From Microthyrium microscopicum (lineage: Eukaryota), in NCBI GenBank assembly GCA_010405405.1, contig MU004235.1, forward strand, positions 1,130,538-1,194,537: 64,000 bases of DNA. The letters run 5' to 3'. The translations under genes were made by a program, and so were the position numbers. The notes beneath the pieces were generated by a model. The model saw nothing but the letters and a program-made list of their open reading frames with translations, ran no database searches and was not told where the DNA came from. Shown here in pieces: positions 37,096-49,453 of the stretch; the stretch's first letter is position 1, and the number at the start of each line of letters is the position of its first letter.

Positions 37096-37993
37096 ATGGC
37101 ATCTAACCTACTCAACGGCGTTGCCTACGTAACAGGTGCTGGTTCCGGAATCGGACAAAGCGCAACCGTCGCGCTGGTAAAATATGGCGTCCGCAAGATA
37201 GCCATCACAGATCTCAGTCAAAAAGGGCTCGACGAGACGGTCGCTCTGCTCAAAGGCACCAATGGACTTGAAATCGAGACCATCGTTATGGATGTTTCTA
37301 AGGAAGCAGACGTCGTAGATTCGCTACAGCGAGTAGTCAAGCGCTTCGGAAGACTGGATTATGCGCTCAATAATGCTGGTATTGGCGGCCCACCAGTGCC
37401 CACACATGAGATGGAGTTGGCAGGCTTTGAAAGGTGCATGGCGATTGATACCACGGTAATACCAGATCGGATGTTGAAGAATGAATGGCTAATGATGAAC
37501 AGGGCGTATTCTTATGTCAACGCGAGGAGCTCAAGATCATGCAAAAGCAGGCGTACTGCTCTCCTCTACCCCTTTCTCTCTCGCAGGCTTCACTAACAGA
37601 ACTCACAGCAATGCCGGTCCACGTCTCGGCCGCGGGGCCATCGTCAACACAGCGTCCATGTACGGCCTCGTCAGTACACCACCTCAAGGTCTCAGCAACC
37701 CCGCATACGTCGTCGCCAAGCATGCTGTGGTGGGTCTCTCCAAGTGCGACGGAACGTTCTACGCGTCGCAGGGTATTCGCATCAATGCTATCTGCCCCGG
37801 TTACGTGGAGACGCCGATTGTGGCATCGATCAACCAAGATGGACATATGAATGCTGAGTTTGCGAAGGCGCCGCTTGGACGGGCGGCACAACCAGAAGAA
37901 ATTGCTGATGCGATTGTGTTTCTAATGAGTCCGATGGCTAGCTATGTGGCGGGGTCTGCGATGGTGGTTGATGGTGGTTATACGTCTTATTAG
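37096..37993 (+). CDS. Short-chain dehydrogenase/reductase
   Basis: TGAGSGIG, NNAGI, IVNTAS, YVVAK catalytic motif, NAICPGYVETP, VDGG. Two introns. Confidence 0.93.
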
Positions 37994-38144
37994 GGATGTG
38001 AGCTGGTGATAAAGGATCTGGATTCTGGGATATGGGACTCAATTACATACTAGTAGTACATACGTACCTGGATGATTTGCCTTCAAGGTCTTGATATTAT
38101 ATTAGCCCAGCATATTGGAACTCCATTGCAGCTAAAAGATCTTC

Positions 38145-38320
38145 CAGTACCGTTTTTATCCATCCAGTATTCCAGTTGCATGAGTCTACGCAGTAGTAGC
38201 GCGCTTTTATTTTTGCAGGCGGCGTTCTGAGCTTAGGTAGCGACTCATTATCGATTGGGATGAATCTCCCCTAAAAAGCACGCTAGACTCATGCAACTAG
38301 ATGAAGAAGAACGGTATCTG
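38145..38320. repeat. Imperfect inverted repeat / foldback element (possible MITE remnant)
   Basis: AGTTGCATGAGTCTA (38174-38188) is the exact reverse complement of TAGACTCATGCAACT (38284-38298), with additional inner and outer pairing segments. Confidence 0.6.
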
Positions 38321-38816
38321 AGACGTTGATCGGATCGTTGATCGGATGGAACAGAGCATACTCTTAAGATATCAAGAGGTAAATATTGTGGTCATTCAAG
38401 TCGGTCAATCAAATACCGGCAAACCGGTATACGTGAGAGCGGCATACATATGTACCGAGCACAACATTGATCACGGCATGCCGATATGCTAGTTACATAA
38501 AGCACGTCCAACATTTGAACCAGTTGACGTACTTTGAGTTGACGTACTTCCAGTCGGCTCCCTTCACCCTCAAATTTGAAAATCCTGAGGAGTTGATCGA
38601 AACATGCAATCACGCCTCAGCGATGAGCAATTACGGTGCCGCCTCCAGTCTCCAGGTGTTGGTTATTCTTGGCATGGCTGCATCCCCGTTTCAATAGGAT
38701 CAAGCTACCAAGCTGTTAACAACAACTCTTTACTGCGATCTGTTCTTTATGAGGACCATTTTGCTACCTGTTGACCTGTTCGAATACTGAGCAGTGAGCA
38801 GTCCTCGATTCTCAAA

Positions 38817-39945
38817 ATGCCCATCGCGATGGGAAATGGCCAAGGACCTGCAAGGATGCATCTGGCTGATACTGGAATATCGCTTTCACCGCTTATATCG
38901 CCAAACGTCCAAACACAATCTCCCATTTTTGGCAAACTTCCTCCTGAAATCCGACTTCTGATCTATCAGCATCTACTTCCTTCGTCGAGTGATGTAATAC
39001 ACTTGGAAAGAGCTTTGTTCAAAGACAAGAGCGCAAGCATAGTGTGTTCACCGTGCATAGTCAAGCACGACTTTTCTGCTTGGGAAGAGGATCCATTTCT
39101 TAGGAACAAGGAAGGCTGCGAAAATACAAATCATAAGCCTTGCCTGAATATCCTTGCCGGCAAAGCTCGGAGAATCGAGCAGCTATTACAATCGGAGTTG
39201 CGAACCATAGAGTCAATTTCTATAGTGGCCTTAATGCTGACTTGCTCTAAAGCGCAAGTTGCCCCGGCCGTAATATGCATATTTTCTAACGAAATGTCCT
39301 AGATACTCCGAAATACGCCATGAACTCTACTCTCGTATGAGTATCATACTCAATGGGAATTCTATGTCTTCAATCAAGTCACTTCTTACCATGGTCCATG
39401 ATAATATATTATCCTCAGCCAGTACAGTTGTGCTACAAGTTCGAGTCATCACTCCTCTTTATCTGCCGGACCCAGAATACTATTGACGTCGAGAGTTTGA
39501 TGCAGAGATATATAGCCTTTCGCTGGCAGAAATTCGACAAGATGAGTCTGATTGGGAGGCCATATGGCACATCTTAAGCCCAGTAAAAAATCTTAAGAAC
39601 TTGCACGTCAAGATCTATGACTCTCGATACAGACTATCTGAGGTAGAATTTCTGCGACCTCTACACAATCAAGTTTTAGATCACACCGTTCAATTACCCT
39701 GGCGTCGCGACTACAAGCCCGAGCTTGCACTTGGATCGGATAATGGGCATAGTTTCAAAGTACTCCGGCCAACACTAGAGCAGGTTAGGATTATACCAGA
39801 CGAGCCACTGCCTCGTGTTCCAGCAGGAGGACAAAGAGTTTCACATCGGTATAGTTGTTGCGAGCACATTGTGATGAACCTTCCATACATTCCATGCATG
39901 ATTGTGTCATTAGTCAAGACGGGGTTCAAAAAGGCATTTCGCTAG
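38817..39945 (+). pseudogene. DUF7730-like paralogue of 20886-22017 with an in-frame TGA
   Basis: QSPIFGKLPPEIRLLIY...SIVALMLTCSKA|YSEIRHELYS...PEYY*RR...LHVKIYD...VQLPWRRDYKPELAL. GC-AG intron 39254-39302; stop at 39484-39486. Confidence 0.72.
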
Positions 39946-40385
39946 ACCACATTTTCTCTGCAGTCGAATCAATCATCTTGAAAACTATGGATGTACCGGC
40001 TAGAAATTCGAAGTCATACATTCAGAGCTGCTCGCTTCCAGCTTGTAACAATAAACTTGTCGCGAAAGCTGTGAGGTGGTGAATGATATAAGGATATAAA
40101 TATTGAGTAGCATACCATTACATTATTCGAAAAGTTCTTGATATTCTCCCCATATTTTTCTTCAATCTTGGGTACTGACATACGTCTTGGGCCACAGCGC
40201 AGAGAAATGAGTCAGTCATCGATTATATTTTTGCCAGCTCCTTCTATCAACAGCAGAAGCCACTACTGATCTACTATATTGAGATATGCCTGCGAACTTC
40301 TTGACCAATTCAAAATTATAATTCAAGCACAACTACAGCGGCCTAAGCCATCCGTTTTTTTCAACTGTAACTTGATGTTCAGTGA

Positions 40386-41343
40386 TCAACCAAGCTGCCA
40401 AACAAAGTAAGCGAGATTATCTATAATGAAACATTAGTAAGCGCAGAAATTGTAGTCTTCAGACAAATACCAGTATTCTTCCATCGATCATTATCCGGGA
40501 CTCTGCTCACGGCATTTTGCCAGCCATATGCATAGTAAAGTCTTCCGATATCATCAACACTTCCACCCTGGAATCCGTGGAAAAACTGTACCTGTCAGTT
40601 ATCTATGTTTCCAAGTAGTCAATGAAAAGCCCAAGTACAAACCTCGTGAAGTAGGGTGTGATCAAGATAACTTCCCAGCTTGTCAATAGGTGTGTCAAAG
40701 AACCCGGTAAAATCGATTAACTTTTTAGCTTGTCCAACTTTTGCGATCGTCTTGTACCAGGCATTAGCTCTTGCAGGATCTTTCAGTGTGTTAATCTCGT
40801 CTTCAAGTAGCATTGGATGCTTTTCCACCCTCTTGACATATTGGGCACATAGCATAGTAACATCTCCTTGTACTTGGGCCCGATCTTCGTCTCCTGTACT
40901 GTAAGTTGAAGCCCAGGGCCAAGGATATGACCAAGTTTGATCTGTACATTTCCGAACATCTCCATACATGTCGGCATCTATAAACATACCCGAGTGCTTG
41001 TGGTAGTAATCCGGTCCCTTGTTCTGTAAGGCCCATTGATCTGCATTACAGTAGACGCCCTAAAACTATTAGCTGACATATCTTAGGTAGTCAAATCCTC
41101 GAAGGGGAGAACCCACTACACTCCCGAGCTGGCGCATACCTGCTCTTTGTGCAGGTGTGCCATTCTCTGTGGGAAGGTACTGTATGACCTGTCTAATGTT
41201 GTCTGAGCAATTGTCAGCTAAGTTTGAGAATACTCAACAGAATCGCAATTCACCTCTAGCTGTATTTATTTGGGCTTGTGTCTTGAACAGTAGCATAGCC
41301 ACTTCCTGGACGTTGGGATCAACTGGCGATGCTGTCAAAGCCT
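40386..41343 (-). pseudogene. HExxH zincin-like metallopeptidase gene, 5'-incomplete and probably decaying
   Basis: Spliced LDHTLLHE|FFHGFQGG...YYAYGWQN...NT|DNLAYF. No start codon or signal peptide found upstream. Confidence 0.55.
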
Positions 41344-41910
41344 AATACTCGTAAGTCTTTGATCAATGTAGGGGGGCCCAGTCAAGTGGTAACAGTGTTG
41401 GTCGCTACGATTGGCCTTGTAATTTTCTCGGAAGTGCTAATACCAAAACAGCATATGGTATGTAGCGACTTGCAGCGATGCGGATGCATGGGCCGTTATA
41501 ATCCCGCCATGAAATGACATGGCCTCTGAGAATTACCATCTGGCATTTCGCCAGTCGAGCTAGTTAAAGGATTTTCAACTGGGAGATCTTACCGTGAGAG
41601 CTGCTTGAGCCCAGCTCATTCCTTGATTTGCCGCATCGAAGAATCCGGTAATGCTATCTTTTCCAAGTCAGCGACATTCAATTTCGATAAGGCTTCGCTC
41701 TGAAAAGTGGAAGTATCAAGATATGTGTCGATGTCTCCAAAACATAGACAATATCGGGTTGAACCTACCGCAGCTTGAATCCCTGTATATGGATGACTGA
41801 ACTGTTTCACACCGACTGTTGTCGCGGCTCCTCTAGCGCTTCTACCAGACGCCGCTGGTAAACATATACAGTTCAACTTCAGGCCGATGTCCGACTAATG
41901 GTTCATCACA

Positions 41911-43588
41911 GGGGCGTATGATTTCCTCATCAATCCGAAAACTATAAAGGATATATCAGTCAACGCGATCCAGCAAGTTTGTGGCCTTGCGCCAGTAAGG
42001 AGAAGATGGTTGCTTCCACGTGCCATCGATCTAGCTACCTGCGCTCGAACAATTAGTGCTAGCCAGGCCAAGTTTGAAGAGATCATGGCGAGTGTAATCC
42101 AGTCAGATGTTGGGAACAGACTAGCTCTCGTTCCTATAACGCTCACTGCCGGAGACGTGCAAGCGACTGTGAACGGTGCTGCCGCCGCAATCGTGGGCGG
42201 TGCATTAACTGCATTGCTGATCTCGCATATAAAGTCTACAGGAGCGACCCTGGATAATGTACCTTCCGGTGCGGGTGTGTACAAGGTCAATGTCGATAAA
42301 ACTACCTAAGGATGCCAGTATCTGTGATTTTGGGGACCAGACTGATATGGCAAATTGGATGAGTAGAAGTCCTCGAACGGTTTCCGCATGCTTATCTGTC
42401 AACGTTTAGCCTAGTTGTGTCCTACCTAACTGCCTCGGGGCATGGACTCAGCTACCATCGGGGGAGAGGACTAAGAAGTGTACAGTAGAGGTGAGTTACA
42501 TTGAACAGTCTCGAGATCCATATTGACTTTCCTAAGGGCAAGACTGACTGCGAATGCCTAATTCCTGCGCAGTCGGTATCTAATATCACCATCAATTACG
42601 ACTTCTGGGACGTAATGGAAGCGGCGATGATGACTACAAAAGCATTCGACTCCTCCTGTCAACATGCCAATGCTATAGCACCACAACGAGATGCGGACAA
42701 CGTTCGAGGCGTTTCAACCGGAATTGAGAGTTGGTGTGCATCAGTGGATGGCCATGAGGTTACATCGGACAAAGGTGGCATCGACCGAGCTTTTGAACTA
42801 AACATCCTTCAAGCAGTCCCCTTTGGGTACTGGCTTTCCGCAAAAATTCGAAACAAAGATAACGCTTGTGGTACTACACAGAAAATTGCCAAAGATGAGT
42901 GTACCACGTTTCTTACTCTAGCTATGGAGACTTGTGATCCAGACTCTGGTGACACCCATGGCGGCATGATGGCCACCCAGTGCATGGAATATGTAAGCAA
43001 GAATACCATTACAGCTCGAGATTAAGGTACTAAAAGGTGTGATAGTCTATAGTTCTCGACGACCAAGTAACAGATGGTCAAGATCCTCCTTGGAATCGAC
43101 AATTGAAAACCTCGGATCCAACAATGGGAGTAAATACACTAGACACTGGATGCAAGCCAGAAAGTAGCGGAGTACAAACCAACTTCTGGAAAGGTGTGTA
43201 TCCGCAGTTCTGTAGCAAAGTGAACTTCAAAAGCAACAAGCAACAAGCGTTCGACTTGACAAACAAGGATTTCGTTGCTCCATCGACAAAGCGCAGCCTG
43301 ACGTCGTCCAACCTTACACGCCGTACTCCGCCAGTCAATGGGAATTTGTATACGGATAAGAAGTTCAAATTCGTATGGTATCCAAAGAACGGGCCATGCT
43401 CAGATGATTGCAACACTGCGATGAATAAGCTGGCTCAGACAGACTGTAAGTCCTCAAGCAATAGAACTGAGAAAGAGATGATTCATCTAACTCTTGCAGG
43501 TGGCTTAGCTGGATCACAACAAATGGACATGTCGCCATATGGAAATATTGACGTCCATTGTGGCTCATACGCGTATTGGATCAATTGA
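41911..43588 (+). pseudogene. Degraded gene for a cysteine-rich, probably secreted protein
   Basis: Cys-rich exons (ESWC...ECTTFL..AMETCD...QCMEY; FCSK...KR..RRTPP...GPCSDDC...HCGSYAYWIN) joined by canonical introns. Apparent +1 frameshift near 42300 and stops upstream. Confidence 0.5.
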
Positions 43589-44404
43589 TACTGATGAGAT
43601 CGAAGGTTACGAGCTGGTCGAGATACTGTAGATTCATCATTAGCTAAACGAGAAATGGGAGTAATGTAAGATTGATTTTTCGGGAGTATGATTTGCGGCA
43701 GCAGTTTATCACAAAGTTCAGTTTATGGCGAGTGCGTACAAGGGCCGTAGTTTTGATATCAACTCAGCTTCTACTTGATCCCTTTTCTGTCCTATTGTTT
43801 TGTGAGGTTCCCTTCGCTGAAAGAACTAACAAGTCATCCTATAAATGTCCATCAAGTTCGACTAGCACTGCTGATTTCAGCCGGCTCCTGGATGCTTCGC
43901 AGCATCTATGACAGAGAAACATTCTGTTGATCATTTGTGGGGCGAGAAAAGGCAGATCTGGCTCAATGATGAAGGGACATAACAGCCTGAGCTAGTCAAA
44001 CAATAAATAGGGAAACTTCCCGAGTGAATGCTGTGTGGACAGTGCCGTTATGAAAGGAGGAGATTAGTCTAGAGGAGAATACAGATTAGTCGGGCTGCCG
44101 ATTCGCCTAGCCAAGATAATATCGGGATGCCGACGGAAAACACGTCCCTTCAAGCACGCCCCTGCACGTGTTGATCCCGGTTTCCGGATGCTGCCAGATC
44201 TCATTGCTGGCGCTCTTTCCCAAAAAGGACGTCATTTAACATTTCTTTTTACTCCTTAACGAACTTCATACATCCTCCAAAACTTAGTACCCTCACGTTG
44301 CACTCGCCTTACTCTGCAAGCCTCATGTTACTGCACTAGCACTTCGTATACCTTAACCTATATCGTCATCCTTCTCTTCCCAGCGCCAACACATACAACC
44401 TACA

Positions 44405-46237
44405 ATGCCTCCCGTTTCATACTCTCATATCACCCTCGATTATCCCCCATGGGCTATCGAGTTCGATCCTTATAGTCGGGGCTACTTGGTAGTAGGCGGA
44501 GGTGGAGGTCAAGGTCAAAAAGAGGTCCCAAACAAATTGACCGTACTCGACGTATCCGATCGATCAATAGTCGAGAAGGCTGCAGAATTAGACGTCAAGG
44601 ATGATTCACCCAGTTCGCTTGGTCTGTTAGCTGATAGGGACGGCCTGTACATCTTTTGCGGCATCAATTCCACCGCATCGGATAGAAAAAGTGGGAAGAA
44701 TGAGCATCTGAGGACATTCAAGGCTACGATCCCCAAGGACAAGCAGAAAGCCTCCATCAATCCAATTGGCCAATCGTCCCTTTTCTCTGCGCAATACTCC
44801 AGCAGCGATGACGCATATCAACGAGTCTTGCGATTTTCTCCTGCGCAATTACGCGCTGGTAGCAAGCGCATAGGTGCTATAGCTAGCAGCCTAGCTACCA
44901 AGAGCGAGATCGTTGTCTTTGACGCGACCAATGCCCTTCCAAATACGAAAGACATCATCCATACAATCGAGCCAGCCAACAATGCGGAAGCGAACGATGT
45001 CGATTTATATGAGCAAAGTGAGGGAGACTTTCAGGTAGCCTACTGTACTCGCTCGGCTGTCTACATTGTCGGATTATCTTACGACTTTGAAAAGAATCAA
45101 TTGAAGGAGCCTGCCAAAGAACCAAACTGCGTTTCCGAAATCCGCTCTCCTGGAAAAGTCCGATGTCTTCGCTTCATCTCCAGCAATCACATACTACTTC
45201 TTTTAAACCGCAACGGTGCGTCGGAACTAGTCATCCTCAAGATATACGCAAAAGGTGGCCCAGGAGATGTAGTGCTCAAGAAAATCCTCCCCAAGCGAAT
45301 GGCGTCCGCCGTGTCACTAGATGCAATCGCACTAGATGCCGATTCCCAAACCGGCGAACGCCAAGTCGTGATCGCAGTCGCCGGCCAAACACGCGACGTC
45401 AGCATCCTCTCCATCAACATACCCGTCAAAGGCTCCCCCACCGCCTTCAAAACCTACGCCGATCTCAAAGACATCCACGACGCGCCCATGAAAAAAGTCG
45501 TCCTCTCACCCTTTCAATCCCCCTACGCCTCACCCTCCAACACGAAAGGCACGCCCGGTTCCAAAAAGGCCGCAGATCAATATCTCCGCCTCGCCAGCAT
45601 CTCCCTCTCCAACAACGTCGTCGTTGACGCTCTGCCCTTACATCCCGTCCCGACGAAAAGCGGGAACCCACGCTATGTCCTCGATAAAGCTGGCCCGGTA
45701 GCCAAGGCCTTACACACCGGCACCAACGTGTTCGTCGCCGCCTTCGTCCTCCTCATCAGCCTCATCCTCGCCCAATCCTACCTCGACGCCCAAGCCGCAC
45801 ACGGCGGCCAAGTCTCCAAATACCAGCTAATACCCGCGCAAATGCGCACCTTCATCAACGGTGCACGACAAGATAACGATCCCCTCAAACAAGTCATCCA
45901 TGATACTGCCGACGCTATAGCAGAGACCGCGCCAGTCGCTAAGATCGCAGACATTCTGCATCTGCATCGCGACGCGCAAGAGAAAGGCATCGTGGTGCGT
46001 TCAGGTGATACTGAGCTATCGACGGAAGTGCACGATGACCAAAAGGCGCTGGTCCGCGATCCAAATGCGAAGCGCTGGCATGAGTTGACGCCAAAACAGC
46101 AAGAGAACTGGAAGCGGAAGCTGGCCAAAGCTGGACACTGGTCTGCTAATGAAGGCGAGGGGATATTGAAGAGTATTTTCTTTTCAGAGGTTGCAGGTGC
46201 GATTGGGAGGGCGGCGATGGAGGCTATCAATGGGTGA
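44405..46237 (+). CDS. SEC12: Sec12/PREB-like Sar1 guanine nucleotide exchange factor (WD40 propeller + TM)
   Basis: LDYPPWAIEF...VVGGGGG..KEVPNKLTVL N-terminal signature; single TM segment VFVAAFVLLISLILAQSYL. Confidence 0.75.
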   Translation: MPPVSYSHITLDYPPWAIEFDPYSRGYLVVGGGGGQGQKEVPNKLTVLDVSDRSIVEKAAELDVKDDSPSSLGLLADRDGLYIFCGINSTASDRKSGKNEHLRTFKATIPKDKQKASINPIGQSSLFSAQYSSSDDAYQRVLRFSPAQLRAGSKRIGAIASSLATKSEIVVFDATNALPNTKDIIHTIEPANNAEANDVDLYEQSEGDFQVAYCTRSAVYIVGLSYDFEKNQLKEPAKEPNCVSEIRSPGKVRCLRFISSNHILLLLNRNGASELVILKIYAKGGPGDVVLKKILPKRMASAVSLDAIALDADSQTGERQVVIAVAGQTRDVSILSINIPVKGSPTAFKTYADLKDIHDAPMKKVVLSPFQSPYASPSNTKGTPGSKKAADQYLRLASISLSNNVVVDALPLHPVPTKSGNPRYVLDKAGPVAKALHTGTNVFVAAFVLLISLILAQSYLDAQAAHGGQVSKYQLIPAQMRTFINGARQDNDPLKQVIHDTADAIAETAPVAKIADILHLHRDAQEKGIVVRSGDTELSTEVHDDQKALVRDPNAKRWHELTPKQQENWKRKLAKAGHWSANEGEGILKSIFFSEVAGAIGRAAMEAING

Positions 46238-46632
46238 TGAGGACTGTAGGGTTTATTGTATCATTATTCTGTTCCCGTATCAATACTGTAATGCACTGCA
46301 CAGCTCGACGCTCTACGAGACGGTTTTGTCTACAACATCTGGTGTTTATCATGTCAGCAGCAGAAACGACGACAACGCATGGTATAAGCAACCAAGAAAA
46401 GGGGTTCAAATTTTCTCTATAAACATGCTGCACCAAGCCCAATGTTCCGCAAACTAGGATCTTTGTTCGTCAGGCCAGCCCTGTCGATACAGGTTCGAAA
46501 ATCTTCTCAACCTGGCTATACAAGCAGCGTTCTCCCCATTATCCATTACCCACCAGCATAGAAATACCGGTAAAGCAACACAGGCACAGGAATACCAGGG
46601 ACAGGGCGTAGTTTTCACAGCAAGCTAGCATT

Positions 46633-48040
46633 CTATGCGCGAGCAAACTCCACGCCCTTGGCAATGTTGCCGTTGAGGCCCTTGTAGCAAGCCTCGAGCA
46701 GCTTCTTTTCATAGTCGTTGGCAGACTTGACCACGTTAATGGCCTTTTGTGCGCCGCTGGGCTATAGTTGCGATTTGTTAGTAAATCATTCACTCATCTT
46801 TGGAATGCTGAGGAGGGGGGGGGGATAATTTACGCCGAGCTCAATGGGTACGCTGAAGAAATCGCAGCCGGTCAACTTGTGGATCTCTTCGCCGCCTTCA
46901 ATGCCTGGTAGGTAGACGAAAGATGGCTCGACGATACCGGACTCGCCAGAAACGGCTTTGATAACTTTCTCGGCGAAGCGGTAGCCGGCGTAGGCCATGG
47001 AGAGGGTTGCGGATCCGGCGCCGTCTTTGGCCTTGACGACCTCGTCACCACCGAATTGGATACCTATCGCCACATTAGCCTTCCTACCAAATCTTGTAAC
47101 GAGAGACGAGGGACATACGGTAAGTAAGCTTATCAAGCTCCTCGCCCGCGATGTTGACACTTGGCTTCGCCTGGCTAATCAATGGCACAATTGTCTCTCC
47201 CGAGTGGCCACCAATGACCGGAATAGTCAACTTTCCAGGGTTCTTCTCGCCGACAATACCAGCGACGAACGTCTCGGCGCGCACAACATCAAGTGTAGTG
47301 ACGCCAAACAGGCGCTTAGGGTCAAAGACACCCTTGGCCTTGAGGACCTCGGCGGCAATTGGCACGGTGCTGTTGACGGGGTTGCTGATGATGAGGATGA
47401 AGGCTTTGGGGCAGGTTTCGGCAACGGCGGTGATGAGACCCTTGACGATGCCGGCGTTGATCTTGAAGAGATCATCGCGTGTCATACCGGGCTTGCGGGG
47501 TACACCGGCGGGGATGATGATGATATCGGCGCCAGTGAAGGCTTCTTTCATGGAGGCAGCGGACTGAGCGGCGTCTTTGAAGTCGGTGGGGACATAGCCT
47601 TTGACGACCTGGAAATGGGTGTGTTAAGGACAGGTTCAACAGTATTCGAAGTGTGCTCGGTTTGACTATTCGCCTTTTGTGCTTGAAGGTATGGTGCGTT
47701 TATAGAGAAGGAGAGAACTCACAGCTGGGCTTGAAATATGGCTCAAATCGGCGGCCACACCAGGTGTGTTTACGACATCATAGAGGGAGAGCTCACTGAT
47801 GAGTGGGCATGTCTTGAGGAGAAGGGAGAGAGGCTATGGAATACAAGTTAACGGCTGTTTGAAATAGTCTCAAACTCATCTTTTGCTCAAAGATTTCGTC
47901 TTCTTAGAGCTCAAGTTCCAGTTGAGGGAATAGAGAAGCTTTACCTGTCCGATTCCGCCAGAAGCACCAGCAACAACTACACATCATTAGCACCAGAAGA
48001 TACCAAAATTATGAAGGTTCAACCTACCAGCTTTGACCAT
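46633..48040 (-). CDS. MDH: NAD-dependent malate dehydrogenase (no mitochondrial presequence)
   Basis: [81 protein letters not shown]. Confidence 0.96.
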
Positions 48041-49453
48041 ATCTGCGATTTTGGATAAAACTAGTAAGGTAGAATGTAAAAAGAGCAGTGACGAAAAGAA
48101 TCTATGATGATGATGTCTAATCAGCAAACAGCTTCAAGAAACGAAGTCGAATGGTAAGATATCAGATTCAAGCCAAAGTTATAGGGAGAAGAGAGGAAAG
48201 CGGTGAGCAACAGGTACGAGTGGTATTATGCAGAGTATGAATAATGGTACTGAAGCGTCCACGTTGTGTCTGTGGTCATGGAATTTGGTCTCACGAAGCA
48301 CTCGGTTCCATTTCCCCCACCAAGCTGTTGGTGGGGCACGCCGCACACAAATTCAGAACTCGCGGTCGCGCAAGCATCGCGGAAACCACTCAAGCCACTC
48401 AACGTGTGAACTAGTAGCTCCATGATTCAGAGATCCATATGGAAATCAATTGGCCAATTGCATGTTCGGAGTAAAGAAAGTGGGGGAGGGACTTGCCTGA
48501 CGGGCAGCAGGAACGGTCTGGAGCTGTGGAGGACAAGTCTGGAGTTGTGTGGAGGAGCGGATCAAACGTCTAACATCACTTGTCTATTTTGCGGCAGCCT
48601 CTGATCATATAGATATATTGATTCCTTGACGTCTCTGTTGCCGTTGCTACCAACTATCATATGGCTATATCTTCCATCTGAACCTAGGATGCTGTCATAG
48701 AACCTCGGGAGCAACCGGCGAGAATCGGATCATCACTGAAATACTTTATGATCCAGGGACTTGTTTGCGGGATGAGTAGCTCGAGCATCTAATATCTACC
48801 GGGATCTCTGCCATATGTATTGTTGGGGCAGAGGGAGGAAAATCACGGATATGAGGCTCTGTCATTTGGCACGTGTAGAGCCAATGCAAAATTACAACAT
48901 CACATGTTTGATATTATACTTCATGGTAAAATAATGCATAGAAATTGTTCTATCTAGCAGACCTCGACCTACTCTACCTATGAATCTTAAATGGTACTCG
49001 GTACATGCTATTGACCACATGATAGAGACAAGCCCAAGTAGAGTAGGCTGAAGCCAAAGAGTTGTTTTGATAAAATAAATCCAATGAACTTCAGCGCCAT
49101 TCTATAAGCTGGAGATGGTCGCACTTTGGAAGAGTCCTGACTCTAGCGGGAACGATCGGAGTAAATTCATATATTGGGTATCTGGGTGTTCGCACTGGGG
49201 TGATTCTTTTTTTTCTTGAAAATTTTAGCGAAGGGATTCATAGTCTTCTCTTTTTGTTGGAACGTGGTATAGTTCCTGGAGAGAGCGACTCTGAATGCAA
49301 GCGTGGATCAACAAGCATGGGGTCGCGCTCCGGGCCCCATTCTGGAGCCTTGAATTTTGGTGGTTCGTTTTCTTTATCGTCGTCATCAAGCAGTGGTAAT
49401 CCTGAACTTGTTGCACCTATATTGTCTTTGGTGTACTGATCCATCTTGCTATT

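Noticed and set aside
38522..38550. 15-bp tandem duplication AGTTGACGTACTT
   Set aside because: Two copies only in intergenic DNA; likely a slippage event with no functional evidence.
46610..46640. Stop-codon readthrough giving a peroxisomal MDH isoform
   Set aside because: The stop is TAG-A rather than the TGA-CTA context, and the extension ends SLL, a poor PTS1.
46997..47665. Long antisense ORFs over MDH, PDX1, AMID and other genes
   Set aside because: Expected shadows of codon bias in real genes on the opposite strand.
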